Notes under the pieces: model-generated
Told to the model about the DNA's origin: nothing
Databases searched by the model: none
The model's input: the letters and a program-made list of their open reading frames with translations, nothing else
Source of the DNA: Candidatus Uhrbacteria bacterium
GTDB taxonomy: Bacteria; Patescibacteriota; Patescibacteriia; UBA9934
DNA length: 64,000 bases
Assembly: GCA_943359325.1 (NCBI GenBank)
Contig: CALRHD010000004.1
Location: 5,836 to 69,835 of the forward strand
Direction: 5' to 3'
Part shown: positions 47,276 through 55,744 of the stretch, piece by piece
Numbering within the stretch: position 1 is the first letter of the stretch
Layout of the letters: the number at the start of each line of letters is the position of its first letter
Program-made: the position numbers and the translations under genes

Positions 47276-47797
47276 TTATTCTGTCTGTATAATGTCGCTC
47301 GCTTCGGTGCCGATGGTATCTTCTATATTTGTTGTTGCAGGTTCGCCAGTTTTGAGGATGGAAATGACGAGGTTAATGAATGCGTATGCACCAAAGACAA
47401 TGACGAGTCCGATTGCGGCGCCAGTGATAGCATCTTTGCCGCGTTGTACCCGTTCAGGGTAGCCAGCGGAAAGAATCCATTCAAACCCGCCGTATACAAA
47501 TGCGATCAACGCTGCGCTGCCCGAAAGTGCGAGAATAAGATAGCTAATGTTCACCGCTACCTGTAGCGCCTGTTCGACTGTGCACCTTCCTGAATCTTTG
47601 CATGCACAGTGGGCGGTGTCGGCGTCGGTTTCGAATGGCGCGGAACAGATGTTTGCGAAAATAATGCCGTCGCGGCGAATGTCGCTGTATTCGGTGCTGA
47701 TGGTGAGAGCGTGAGCAGAGAATGGAGAAACAAAAAAACCGACGGAGAGAACAAGCCCGAACATGATAGGCGCAAACAAGCGACGGATTGCGTGCAT
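47276..47797 (-). CDS. TrbC/VirB2-like pilin 1 with Cys-rich N-terminal domain
   Basis: YGGFEWILSAGYPERVQRGK...IGLVI; four Cys in the N-terminal part. Confidence 0.8.
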   Translation of the reverse strand: MHAIRRLFAPIMFGLVLSVGFFVSPFSAHALTISTEYSDIRRDGIIFANICSAPFETDADTAHCACKDSGRCTVEQALQVAVNISYLILALSGSAALIAFVYGGFEWILSAGYPERVQRGKDAITGAAIGLVIVFGAYAFINLVISILKTGEPATTNIEDTIGTEASDIIQTE

Positions 47798-47837
47798 AAC
47801 TATAAAGAGTATAGCACATCTCTGCTCGCTTCACTGA

Positions 47838-47975
47838 TCACCGAAGTGTGGGGTAGTCCGCTCCTCGCTGCGACCCTCCGAGCCGCAGTCCCTGCAGCAG
47901 GGCCTCGGCGTTACTCGGCCATGGACTGACGGGTCGGGTCTCGCTCGATCGCGAACCACCCCACACTTTTGGTGA
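47838..47975 (-). repeat. Structured intergenic repeat, copy A
   Basis: Terminal stem TCACCGAAGTGTGGGGT/ACCCCACACTTTTGGTGA; core of about 55 nt shared with copy B in inverted orientation. Confidence 0.75.
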
Positions 47976-48003
47976 GCCTACTCGATACTCGGTTACTTGT
48001 TAC

Positions 48004-49389
48004 TTATTTGTACGTCTGCGCGACAATTCTCGCCGTTGTTTCAATGTCATTTGCAGGGTCTTCTGCACCGCCCAAAATAGTATCGATCAAACTCATCATC
48101 GCATTTTCCATCGCAGCGACGTCGTTTCCGTGGTACCACGTTCGTGCGGTCAAAAGTTGCTCGGCAAAAATGCCCGTGTCTTCGTTATCGAGCGTGTTGT
48201 TAATAAGGCCGCGAAGGGCGGGCGGCTTTCCTGCCTTATCCAAATATGTCTGCACATTTTCCTCTTTTGCTTGGTACTGTAAAAAGTCCCACGCCCAATC
48301 TGCAAATTCGGTGTCTTTTGAAACGCCCTCAACCCAATAATTGGCGATGTTCACCTCGCGGCCGCCGTCGATTTGCGGGAGTTTAGAAATGCCGAAGTTG
48401 AGTTTTGGTGACATGGTACGCAAAAGCGGAATGTCGTAGCTATAGCCGAAGAAAATTGCCGTTTGCCCGTTTGCAAATGCTTGGAGTGAGTTCGGGAACG
48501 AATCATTCCATGTGTAGACTTCTTTTGTGGGATTTGCGAAGTCAGTGAAGAAATTTACGGCGTCAAGACCAGGAAATATGTTGTCGGGCGTGCCGTCGGG
48601 AATGGTGTGGAACGCAACGCGGCCACGGCTGTCCGTCATGTTTGTGCCGTTTTGCATCATGAGGACAGAGAGAATGTCAGTGACACGTTCGACGTTGTCC
48701 GATGTGCCGATTGCGGCGCCCGACTGCGCAATATCGCCCTTGCTGTTGATGTCGGTGAGCTTTATGATGTCGGCCTGAAAGTCTTGCCATGTTGTGGGTG
48801 ACGTTGCTATGCCCGCAGCATTGAACAAATCTTTGTTGACGAACATCGCGAGCGTATCGACCGAAAGCGGAAGGCCGAAAATGCGTTGCTCGGCGTCTAC
48901 ACTCGGGTCGGGTTGATAGTCGCGAACGACGTCTTCAGCGACCACGTCAACAAAGTCATTCTTAAGCGTTTTTTGGCTCATGCCTGGAGTTTCTTTGTTG
49001 ACGATCACCGTTTGCTTGCGAATTGCGCCTTGCGTTTGAAGGAAGCTCACTGTTGTCGATGCGGGCATTGGCATGAGCAGGTTTTTGAATTGCTCGACTT
49101 CGTCGTTATGCACTGCAAAAATATCAGGACCTTCGCCTTCGGCTAATGCGCGCACCAATTCATCTTCGTATTCATCCCCGCGGAGTTTTTTGTAGTTTAT
49201 TTTGACGTTTGGGTGGAGCGCGGTGTAGCTCTTTATGACGTCGCGGAATGCGTCGTCGTTGTCAAAAACGCGCCAGTAAGAAAGCGTAACGTCTTCCAAA
49301 CTACTCTTGTCGGCGGCAGCACCGCAGCCCGACGTAATGAGCAGCGTTCCCAAAAGTGCAAGCGCGGTAAAACGGGCGGAGTAGGTCAT
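48004..49389 (-). CDS. Extracellular solute-binding lipoprotein (sugar SBP family 1-like)
   Basis: Lipobox TSGC; GPDIF, PLSVDTLAMFVNKDLF and PTTW motifs. Confidence 0.88.
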   Translation of the reverse strand: MTYSARFTALALLGTLLITSGCGAAADKSSLEDVTLSYWRVFDNDDAFRDVIKSYTALHPNVKINYKKLRGDEYEDELVRALAEGEGPDIFAVHNDEVEQFKNLLMPMPASTTVSFLQTQGAIRKQTVIVNKETPGMSQKTLKNDFVDVVAEDVVRDYQPDPSVDAEQRIFGLPLSVDTLAMFVNKDLFNAAGIATSPTTWQDFQADIIKLTDINSKGDIAQSGAAIGTSDNVERVTDILSVLMMQNGTNMTDSRGRVAFHTIPDGTPDNIFPGLDAVNFFTDFANPTKEVYTWNDSFPNSLQAFANGQTAIFFGYSYDIPLLRTMSPKLNFGISKLPQIDGGREVNIANYWVEGVSKDTEFADWAWDFLQYQAKEENVQTYLDKAGKPPALRGLINNTLDNEDTGIFAEQLLTARTWYHGNDVAAMENAMMSLIDTILGGAEDPANDIETTARIVAQTYK

Positions 49390-49394
49390 ACGGG

Positions 49395-50264
49395 TTATTT
49401 CAATGACTGCAAATAGTGCTGCAAATCGTTTTTGACTTCAGGGTGGGTGAGGCCGAGTTCGATCTGCGCGATGATAAATTGGACTTTATTGCCGCAATCG
49501 TAGCGGCGACCGTCGAACTTGCAGCCGTAGAGCGGCTTGCCGTTTTCGAGGTGCGTGGCGAATGCGTCGGCGAGGCGAATTTCTTCATCTTTTCCGGGTT
49601 GCTGTTCGGCGAGAATGCGCAAAATTTCTGGTGTAATGACGTAACGACCGACGACTGCGAGGTTCGACGGCGCGTCGTCAACAGCAGGTTTTTCTACGAA
49701 CTTTTTAATTTCCCATGTGTTTTTGCCCGTTTCAATGCCGCCAATGACGCCATAGCGCGATACTTCTGCGTGCGGTACTTCTTGGATGGCGATCACAGGG
49801 TCGCCGTACTTTTCGAATGTCTTGATAAGCTGGCCAATCGCAGGAACCTTTCCCGTAATAATATCGTCGCCAAAAAGAATTGCAACAGATTCGTCGGCAC
49901 CAATGAACGGTGCGGCGGCGAGCACGGCGTGGCCGTCTCCAAGCGGTTTTTGTTGGCGAACGAATGCAAATTTTGCGAGTTTTCCGACCTCGCGGATTGC
50001 CTCAAGCTCCTTCATTTTATTTTTTTGCTCAAGTCGGTACTCGAGCTCGAAGTTTCGGTCGAAATGGTCCTCAATGGCGCGTTTGCCCATTGCGGTAACG
50101 AAGATAATTTCTTCAATGCCTGCTGCAACAGCTTCCTCTACAATATATTGAATGACGGGTTTGTCGACGACGGGCAACATTTCTTTTGGTTGCGCTTTTG
50201 TGGCAGGGAGAAACCGCGTTCCCATGCCTGCGACGGGAATAATCGCTTTGCGAATTTTTATCAT
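49395..50264 (-). CDS. galU: UTP-glucose-1-phosphate uridylyltransferase
   Basis: KAIIPVAGMGTRFLPATKAQPKEMLPVVDKP. Confidence 0.95.
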   Translation of the reverse strand: MIKIRKAIIPVAGMGTRFLPATKAQPKEMLPVVDKPVIQYIVEEAVAAGIEEIIFVTAMGKRAIEDHFDRNFELEYRLEQKNKMKELEAIREVGKLAKFAFVRQQKPLGDGHAVLAAAPFIGADESVAILFGDDIITGKVPAIGQLIKTFEKYGDPVIAIQEVPHAEVSRYGVIGGIETGKNTWEIKKFVEKPAVDDAPSNLAVVGRYVITPEILRILAEQQPGKDEEIRLADAFATHLENGKPLYGCKFDGRRYDCGNKVQFIIAQIELGLTHPEVKNDLQHYLQSLK

Positions 50265-50284
50265 ACTTTTTTCAGTATAACGCA

Positions 50285-50446
50285 AAAACTGTACCCGCAC
50301 CATATGTCCTGCGACGTCGTTCGGCACCGCCCGTCGCGCTGAGCGCGACCCGTCAGTCCCTGGCCGGCGTAAGCCGAGGCCTTGCTGTACGGACTGCGGC
50401 TGCGGGGCTGAACAAGGAGCGGGATATGTGGTGCGGGTACAGTTTT
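50285..50446 (+). repeat. Structured intergenic repeat, copy B
   Basis: Terminal stem AAAACTGTACCCGCACCA/TGGTGCGGGTACAGTTTT (18 bp perfect); shared core with copy A. Confidence 0.75.
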
Positions 50447-50447
50447 A

Positions 50448-51314
50448 TTAAAAACTTCCGCTACTTCCACCACCACCAAAACTGCCTCCTCCAAAACCAC
50501 CAAAGCTGCTGCCTCCGCCCGATGAACCACCCCGACCGCCACCGAGCCACCAGAATCCGGGACTATTAAAATTTTTGCCATGTAAAAGTTTCGACAATAT
50601 AAAGTCGATGAGCAGGCCCGCAGCAACACCGATTCCGAGCCCCAAAAGTCCTGCAACAAGTACACCGACTCCTGCGCCGAGCACGCCGCCCAGCCACCAC
50701 GACTTTGTGCTGCCAAGCCAGCGGCCAATGAGAAAGAGAAAAATGAGTGCGAATGGGCCAAACGTATTGAGCAGCGCGGGGAGCACGTTGTTGCCTTTCT
50801 CTATTTGCGCAAATGTTTCGCCACGAGCAAGGCTGTTGAGCGCCACAACGCCGTTTAAGACCGCTGCGTCATAGTTGTTCGCGTGCAAAGATGGCGTCAT
50901 CACGTCGTCAATAATTCTCCATGCTTCGGCGTCGGGAATAACACCTTCCAATCCATACCCTACTTCAATACGCACCTTTCGTTCGGTTGGGGCAATGAGA
51001 AGCAAAACGCCGTTGTCGCTCCCTTGCTGGCCAATGCCCCAGCTTCGCGCAAGCGCAATCGCATAATCTTCAATGGCGTAGTCCTGCAAACTCGACACGG
51101 TCACAACCGCGATTTGCGTCGATGTTTCTTGGTTGAGGAGTGCAATTTCTTGCTGAATTGCCGATTCTGTTTCGGGTGACAAGACGTTTGCTTGGTCGAG
51201 AATGTAACTTTGCGGGGCAAGAGGCAGTGAAAGGGCTGCAAAACACAACTCCGCGTTCGCAAAAAAAGCAAACGCTGCGAGTGCTACGATGCCATTGCGT
51301 ACAAAATTACTCAT
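50448..51314 (-). CDS. TPM domain (YgcG-like) membrane protein
   Basis: WGIG...DNGVLLLIA..ERKVRIEVGYGLEG; Gly-rich tail. Confidence 0.92.
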   Translation of the reverse strand: MSNFVRNGIVALAAFAFFANAELCFAALSLPLAPQSYILDQANVLSPETESAIQQEIALLNQETSTQIAVVTVSSLQDYAIEDYAIALARSWGIGQQGSDNGVLLLIAPTERKVRIEVGYGLEGVIPDAEAWRIIDDVMTPSLHANNYDAAVLNGVVALNSLARGETFAQIEKGNNVLPALLNTFGPFALIFLFLIGRWLGSTKSWWLGGVLGAGVGVLVAGLLGLGIGVAAGLLIDFILSKLLHGKNFNSPGFWWLGGGRGGSSGGGSSFGGFGGGSFGGGGSSGSF

Positions 51315-51891
51315 TGCTGAAGTCGATCACTGGGGCTGTTGCACTCCCTTCAATCGACGTAAAGAGTGGGAAGACGTCAAAGCCAAATAAGTTCGCAATA
51401 ATGTTGCCGGGGAAACGTTGTACTTTGACGTTATATGTTGTTGCGGCGTCATTAAAGTCTTTTCGTGCAACAGCGATGCGATTTTCCGTTCCCTCGATTT
51501 GCGCTTGGAGCGTTTGGAAGCTCGCGGTCGCCGTCAAATTTGGGTATGCCTCAACGCTCACAAGGAGTCGCGACATTGCAGAGTCGAACGTTTGGCTTGC
51601 GGCAATTTGGTCGCCAATCGTCGCGCTGGCGTTTTGCGTTGTGTTCAGCCAGTTTGTTCGTGCTTCCGTGACTGCCGTTAACGTCGACTGTTCGAAATTC
51701 GCTGCACCTTTTACGGTCGCAACAAGCTGTGGCACGACATCTGCACGACGTTGGTACTGCACCTCGACATTGCCCCACGCGTTGTCGACGCTCGCTTTTC
51801 CGCTCACGAGGCCGTTGTATGACCCCATGACCCACAACGCAATAACGACGACAACACCGAGTACAATTGCCCACACGGGAATTTTTTTCAT
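51307..51891 (-). CDS. lemA: LemA family protein
   Basis: YQRRAD.VP.LV..VKG, EAYPNL, GTENRI and FPGN motifs. Confidence 0.92.
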   Translation of the reverse strand: MKKIPVWAIVLGVVVVIALWVMGSYNGLVSGKASVDNAWGNVEVQYQRRADVVPQLVATVKGAANFEQSTLTAVTEARTNWLNTTQNASATIGDQIAASQTFDSAMSRLLVSVEAYPNLTATASFQTLQAQIEGTENRIAVARKDFNDAATTYNVKVQRFPGNIIANLFGFDVFPLFTSIEGSATAPVIDFSNE

Positions 51892-52040
51892 ATCAAGAAA
51901 TGGTTAAGACTGATGATAGGGTAGCATGCCCGAGTTGAAAATTCTAATGTTAGCAAAGTCGTTTCCAGCTTACTCACCTTGACTTGCTGGAACTTTGTTA
52001 ATCGTATATAATCTCCCATAGTCATAGTATAAGATTACCT

Positions 52041-53114
52041 ATGAATCTACGAACCAACAATATCCCCGAATCCGTTTGGTCGCTGATTAATCAAATCGAC
52101 CATCTGAAGGGGCGATGGATTGGAGGAGCAAAACTCAACCCGCAGGCGCTTGGGCGCTTGAAGCGGTCGGTTTTGGTGACATCGACCGGCGCGTCAACGC
52201 GTATCGAAGGATCGAAGCTGTCCGACGAAGACGTGGAGAAGTTCATGCGAGGTTTGTCGCTACAAAAATTTACCGATCGCGACAAACAGGAAGTACAAGG
52301 GTATTTTGAGCTGCTAGAAAATGTCTTTACTTCGTGGAAGCACATCCCATTTACAGAAGGCGTTATCAAACAGCTGCATCGAGAGCTGTTACAGTACACA
52401 AAGAAGGACGAACGGCATCGTGGCGAGTATAAAAAGATGGAGAATTCGGTGGAGGTGTTCGACGAATCGGGTAAATCTGTGAGCGTAATTTTTGAGACTA
52501 CTCCCGCCTATCTTACGCCAAAACGGATGGAGGAGCTCGTTGAACGGACAGCGGGCGCGCTATCCGGCAAAGTCGGATCCGGCTCCGCCGGAAAGCGAAA
52601 AGAGGTTCATTCGCTTATCGTCATTGGAAACTTCCTCGTCGAATTTCTCGCGATCCATCCGTTCCAAGATGGCAATGGGCGTCTTTCACGCATCCTCACG
52701 AATTTATTTTTGTTAAAAGCAGGGTACGAATATGTACCGTACGTCTCCCACGAAAAGCTCATCGAGGACAACAAGACGGATTACTACGTCGCGCTCCGCA
52801 AGAGTCAGTCATCGCTAAGAACCGAGCGCGAGAATGTCACGCCTTGGTTGGAATTCTTCCTAACCGTTTCGCTTGAACAGGCGCGACAGGCTATTGAGTT
52901 ACTTTCGCATGAGAATATTGAAAAGATTCTCTCACCAAAACAGCTTGCGGTGTGGCGGTATCTTGAAACAGTCGACGAAGCAACGGCGGGAGATGTCGCC
53001 AAGGCAGCTGGCGTTGCCCGCCCGACTGTCTCGCAGGCAATTGACGTATTGTTGCGATTGAAGAAGATCGAACGTATTGGGCAGGGACGAACGACGAGAT
53101 ATCGGAAAATTTAG
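52041..53114 (+). CDS. Fic family protein with C-terminal HTH
   Basis: HPFQDGNGRLSR Fic motif; STRIEG inhibitory-type motif. Confidence 0.92.
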   Translation: MNLRTNNIPESVWSLINQIDHLKGRWIGGAKLNPQALGRLKRSVLVTSTGASTRIEGSKLSDEDVEKFMRGLSLQKFTDRDKQEVQGYFELLENVFTSWKHIPFTEGVIKQLHRELLQYTKKDERHRGEYKKMENSVEVFDESGKSVSVIFETTPAYLTPKRMEELVERTAGALSGKVGSGSAGKRKEVHSLIVIGNFLVEFLAIHPFQDGNGRLSRILTNLFLLKAGYEYVPYVSHEKLIEDNKTDYYVALRKSQSSLRTERENVTPWLEFFLTVSLEQARQAIELLSHENIEKILSPKQLAVWRYLETVDEATAGDVAKAAGVARPTVSQAIDVLLRLKKIERIGQGRTTRYRKI

Positions 53115-53119
53115 AAAGC

Positions 53120-53146
53120 AAAATGACTCCAATATGGAGTCATTTT
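53120..53146. terminator. Terminator between fic and tRNA-Ser
   Basis: AAAATGACTCCA-ATA-TGGAGTCATTTT. Confidence 0.8.
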
Positions 53147-53216
53147 GTTATGGGACACATCCCTATTGGTCGCCTCGCTTATATGAGTAAGCGCATTGCA
53201 CGATAAGAAATTGTCC

Positions 53217-53306
53217 TGGCGGAGAGGGTGGGATTCGAACCCACGTTACCCTTTCGAGTAAACCACATTTCGAGTGTGGCGCGTTCGACCACTCTGCCAC
53301 CTCTCC
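53217..53306 (-). tRNA. tRNA-Ser(CGA), intact
   Basis: GGAGAGG...CCTCTCC-GCCA; anticodon arm CCACA-CTCGAAA-TGTGG; long variable arm. Confidence 0.95.
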
Positions 53307-53316
53307 GTATTTATTC

Positions 53317-53586
53317 TCATTTTTCTGTTCGGTTGCCATGAGCGATCGTATCCCTATATTGCTGGTTAAGCAATCTTCTCCCCTCCGTTGTTTTGAGAAA
53401 TTGCTCCCTTCTTATTGCGTCACTTTCACATTGATAGGCTTCGTAGCCTACGAGAACGGTGGGTCGATATGGTTTCGTTGATTGCACGAGTCCTCTGGAA
53501 TGTTCGTCGAGGCGACGTCGTAAATCTCTTGTCATTCCCTTGTAAAGATCCCCATTTTTCAGTTTGAGAATGTAGACGTACCACAT
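53317..53586 (-). CDS. Small GIY-YIG nuclease
   Basis: WYVYIL...LYKGMT.DL.RRL.EH...A..RE..LK; 89 aa. Confidence 0.92.
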   Translation of the reverse strand: MWYVYILKLKNGDLYKGMTRDLRRRLDEHSRGLVQSTKPYRPTVLVGYEAYQCESDAIRREQFLKTTEGRRLLNQQYRDTIAHGNRTEK

Positions 53587-53594
53587 ATAAGAAA

Positions 53595-53729
53595 GATTCG
53601 TCCGGTCATTCGACCGGACGCCCCGTCGGATGACGGGGCGAACCCACGTTACCCTTTCGAGTAAACCACATTTCGAGTGTGGCGCGTTCGACCCCTGCCT
53701 GCCGGCAGGCAGGACTCTGCCACCTCTCC
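53595..53729 (-). pseudogene. 3'-truncated tRNA-Ser(CGA) copy carrying three 20-nt palindromic insertions
   Basis: Identical to 53232-53306 once 53601-53640 and 53694-53713 are removed. Confidence 0.9.
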
Positions 53730-53802
53730 GGGTTTGCTTGTTGGTCGTTCCAACTTTTGAAGCAGTGAAATGGTAACAAAATCAACAGGAAATGCAAATG
53801 TA

Positions 53803-54066
53803 TCATTCGTATATTTCATGATCACCAACGGCAATGAGGGTTATGCGTCTTGGTTTTCCCTTTGGATAAAAAAAGATCATACGAATTTTATAGTTTACTG
53901 AGGCGCTGTAGGCATCGCGAAGCTTTCCTTGTAGTTTATGGACTCCAATGGATTTGTGGTTGGTTTCGTCCTTGAGCTTGTCGACAGCGATAAAGATCTC
54001 GTTTTGTAGGATTTTTGGCAGCGCACGAAGTTGTCGAAGAAAGCGACGTTCGTATTCAATCTGCAT
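53803..54066 (-). CDS. RelE/YafQ-like type II toxin
   Basis: F.RQLR.L...VHKLQGKL...YSASVNYKIRMIF...VGDHEIY. Confidence 0.85.
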   Translation of the reverse strand: MQIEYERRFLRQLRALPKILQNEIFIAVDKLKDETNHKSIGVHKLQGKLRDAYSASVNYKIRMIFFYPKGKPRRITLIAVGDHEIYE

Positions 54067-54292
54067 ACTCTTTTGCCATTCGTTTCACGATAGTGCGGAG
54101 ATCGCCCCTCACTACGTCACCTTCGCTGGCATTCCGCATAGATCGGAGGAGTTCTTCGGTTTCCTGTTCTTCCGAGTACCACGATAAGGCCTGCCGAACT
54201 ACCTCAGCTTTTGTTGATGCGCGACCACGTTTGACCATGGTGTTGATAAAACTCTCTAGTCGTGCGGGAAGGGGAACAGAAAGTGTTGCCAT
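54056..54292 (-). CDS. Ribbon-helix-helix (ParD-like) antitoxin
   Basis: TLSVPLP..LE.FI..MVK.G..STKAEVVRQAL; overlaps the toxin start. Confidence 0.82.
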   Translation of the reverse strand: MATLSVPLPARLESFINTMVKRGRASTKAEVVRQALSWYSEEQETEELLRSMRNASEGDVVRGDLRTIVKRMAKEYAD

Positions 54293-54415
54293 ATGAGATT
54301 ATAATATGATGATCTCTTTTGTTCGTCAATCGAAGTGATATAGGGGCGAATGTAAAAAACAAAAAGTCCATCGTAAGGAGCCGATAGCGACTCGCGATGG
54401 ACAGTGGAGTGATCA

Positions 54416-54697
54416 TTATCGACGGAGCGTGGTAATGCGACGAGACTCGATGACGTTGACGCGGACATGGATCTGCATGGGGTTTGGGTCATCGGGCTCT
54501 TGTGTGAGCGAGAAGTGTGCTGAACGGACTGTTTGCGTGAAAACGACTTGTGGTTGGTCGAGAAACCGCACGCCTGTCGGCAAGTGAACACCGTGCATGA
54601 TGTTTAGTTGTGTTCGTGCTGACTCTTTTGTTTCAGCGCGGTTGAGAATGTTGCGAACCGCGGTTTCTACTGCTTCACGTTCATACGGTATGGCCAT
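54416..54697 (-). CDS. Hypothetical protein
   Basis: 93-aa ORF with SD GAGGAG. Confidence 0.6.
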   Translation of the reverse strand: MAIPYEREAVETAVRNILNRAETKESARTQLNIMHGVHLPTGVRFLDQPQVVFTQTVRSAHFSLTQEPDDPNPMQIHVRVNVIESRRITTLRR

Positions 54698-54784
54698 GAT
54701 TTACTCCTCGGTTGAGTAGCCAAAACTTACGGGTTATTGGCTAAAAAAGCAAGTTTCTGCTACCGTCCCTGCACCTCTGGAGGA

Positions 54785-55111
54785 ATGATGACGTTGGAAG
54801 GGAAAGCTCGTGTGGTTATTGTATTGGTTTCAGAATGTTATGACGTGCCCGTGGAAGATATCTTAAGCATTCAGAAGACGGCGCGAGTTTTTCGGCCGCG
54901 GCACGTTGCGATGTACTTGTGTCGGAATGACGTGCTCATGTCGTTTCCCGCCATCGGGAGGCTCTTTGTTCGAGACAACTCGACCGTGCAGAATGGATGT
55001 GGGCAGATACGGCGGGCTTTGAAGAAGGAGCCGAAACTCGTGGGGGTCATTGCCGCGTTGCGCAGTCGATATGCCGAATGCATGCAGGAAGGGGCACTGG
55101 CTGTCGCATAA
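54785..55111 (+). CDS. Stand-alone DnaA C-terminal (domain IV) HTH protein
   Basis: PRHVAMYLCR...SFPAIGRLF.RDNSTV aligns with this genome's DnaA PRQIIMYLLR...SYPSIGSELGGRDHTTA. Confidence 0.8.
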   Translation: MMTLEGKARVVIVLVSECYDVPVEDILSIQKTARVFRPRHVAMYLCRNDVLMSFPAIGRLFVRDNSTVQNGCGQIRRALKKEPKLVGVIAALRSRYAECMQEGALAVA

Positions 55112-55165
55112 CCCTCGAAAGAAGTATCATCGGCGCACAGCTCCTTGTGCGCCGAAAATGTTTTT

Positions 55166-55744
55166 ATGATGACTGCAAAATTTATCACAAGCGCAACGAA
55201 CGGAGCCGGTTTGCCTGTTTCGGATAAGCCACAGATTGCACTTGTGGGGCGGTCGAATGTGGGGAAGTCGTCACTCATTAATCATCTCACTCAACAAAAA
55301 AGCCTCGCCCGTGTCAGTTCGGCTCCCGGAAGAACACAAACGATGAATGTGTACGAAATCGACAGGCGCTATTTTCTTGTCGACCTTCCCGGCTATGGCT
55401 ATGCGAAAACGTCGAAAGAAAAACGCGCAGGTTTCGCAGAAATGATTGAGCGATATCTCACGGACACGCCGCAACTGGCACTTGTGCTTGTGGTGATTGA
55501 CGCTTTCGTTGGGCCGACGGATTTAGATCACGATATGCTCGAGCTCCTTCATTCGCTTGGAAGGCCTGTGATTATTGTTGTGAATAAAATTGATAAACTT
55601 TCAAAAAGTGAATCTGTCTTACTCATGCAGAAACTTTCTGCTGAATATGTGGATGCAAAATTTATTCCGCATTCCGTCGAAACAGACAAGCATCGTGGAG
55701 AAATTTTAGAGTCGATTGATGTTGCTATTCGTGCAGCGCGATAG
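55166..55744 (+). CDS. engB: Ribosome biogenesis GTPase YihA/YsxC
   Basis: GRSNVGKSS, PGRTQ, DLPGYG and NKID motifs. Confidence 0.95.
   Translation: MMTAKFITSATNGAGLPVSDKPQIALVGRSNVGKSSLINHLTQQKSLARVSSAPGRTQTMNVYEIDRRYFLVDLPGYGYAKTSKEKRAGFAEMIERYLTDTPQLALVLVVIDAFVGPTDLDHDMLELLHSLGRPVIIVVNKIDKLSKSESVLLMQKLSAEYVDAKFIPHSVETDKHRGEILESIDVAIRAAR

Noticed and set aside
45271-47797. Diversity-generating retroelement acting on the pilins
   Set aside because: No reverse transcriptase in the window and no adenine-specific template/variable repeat pair seen.
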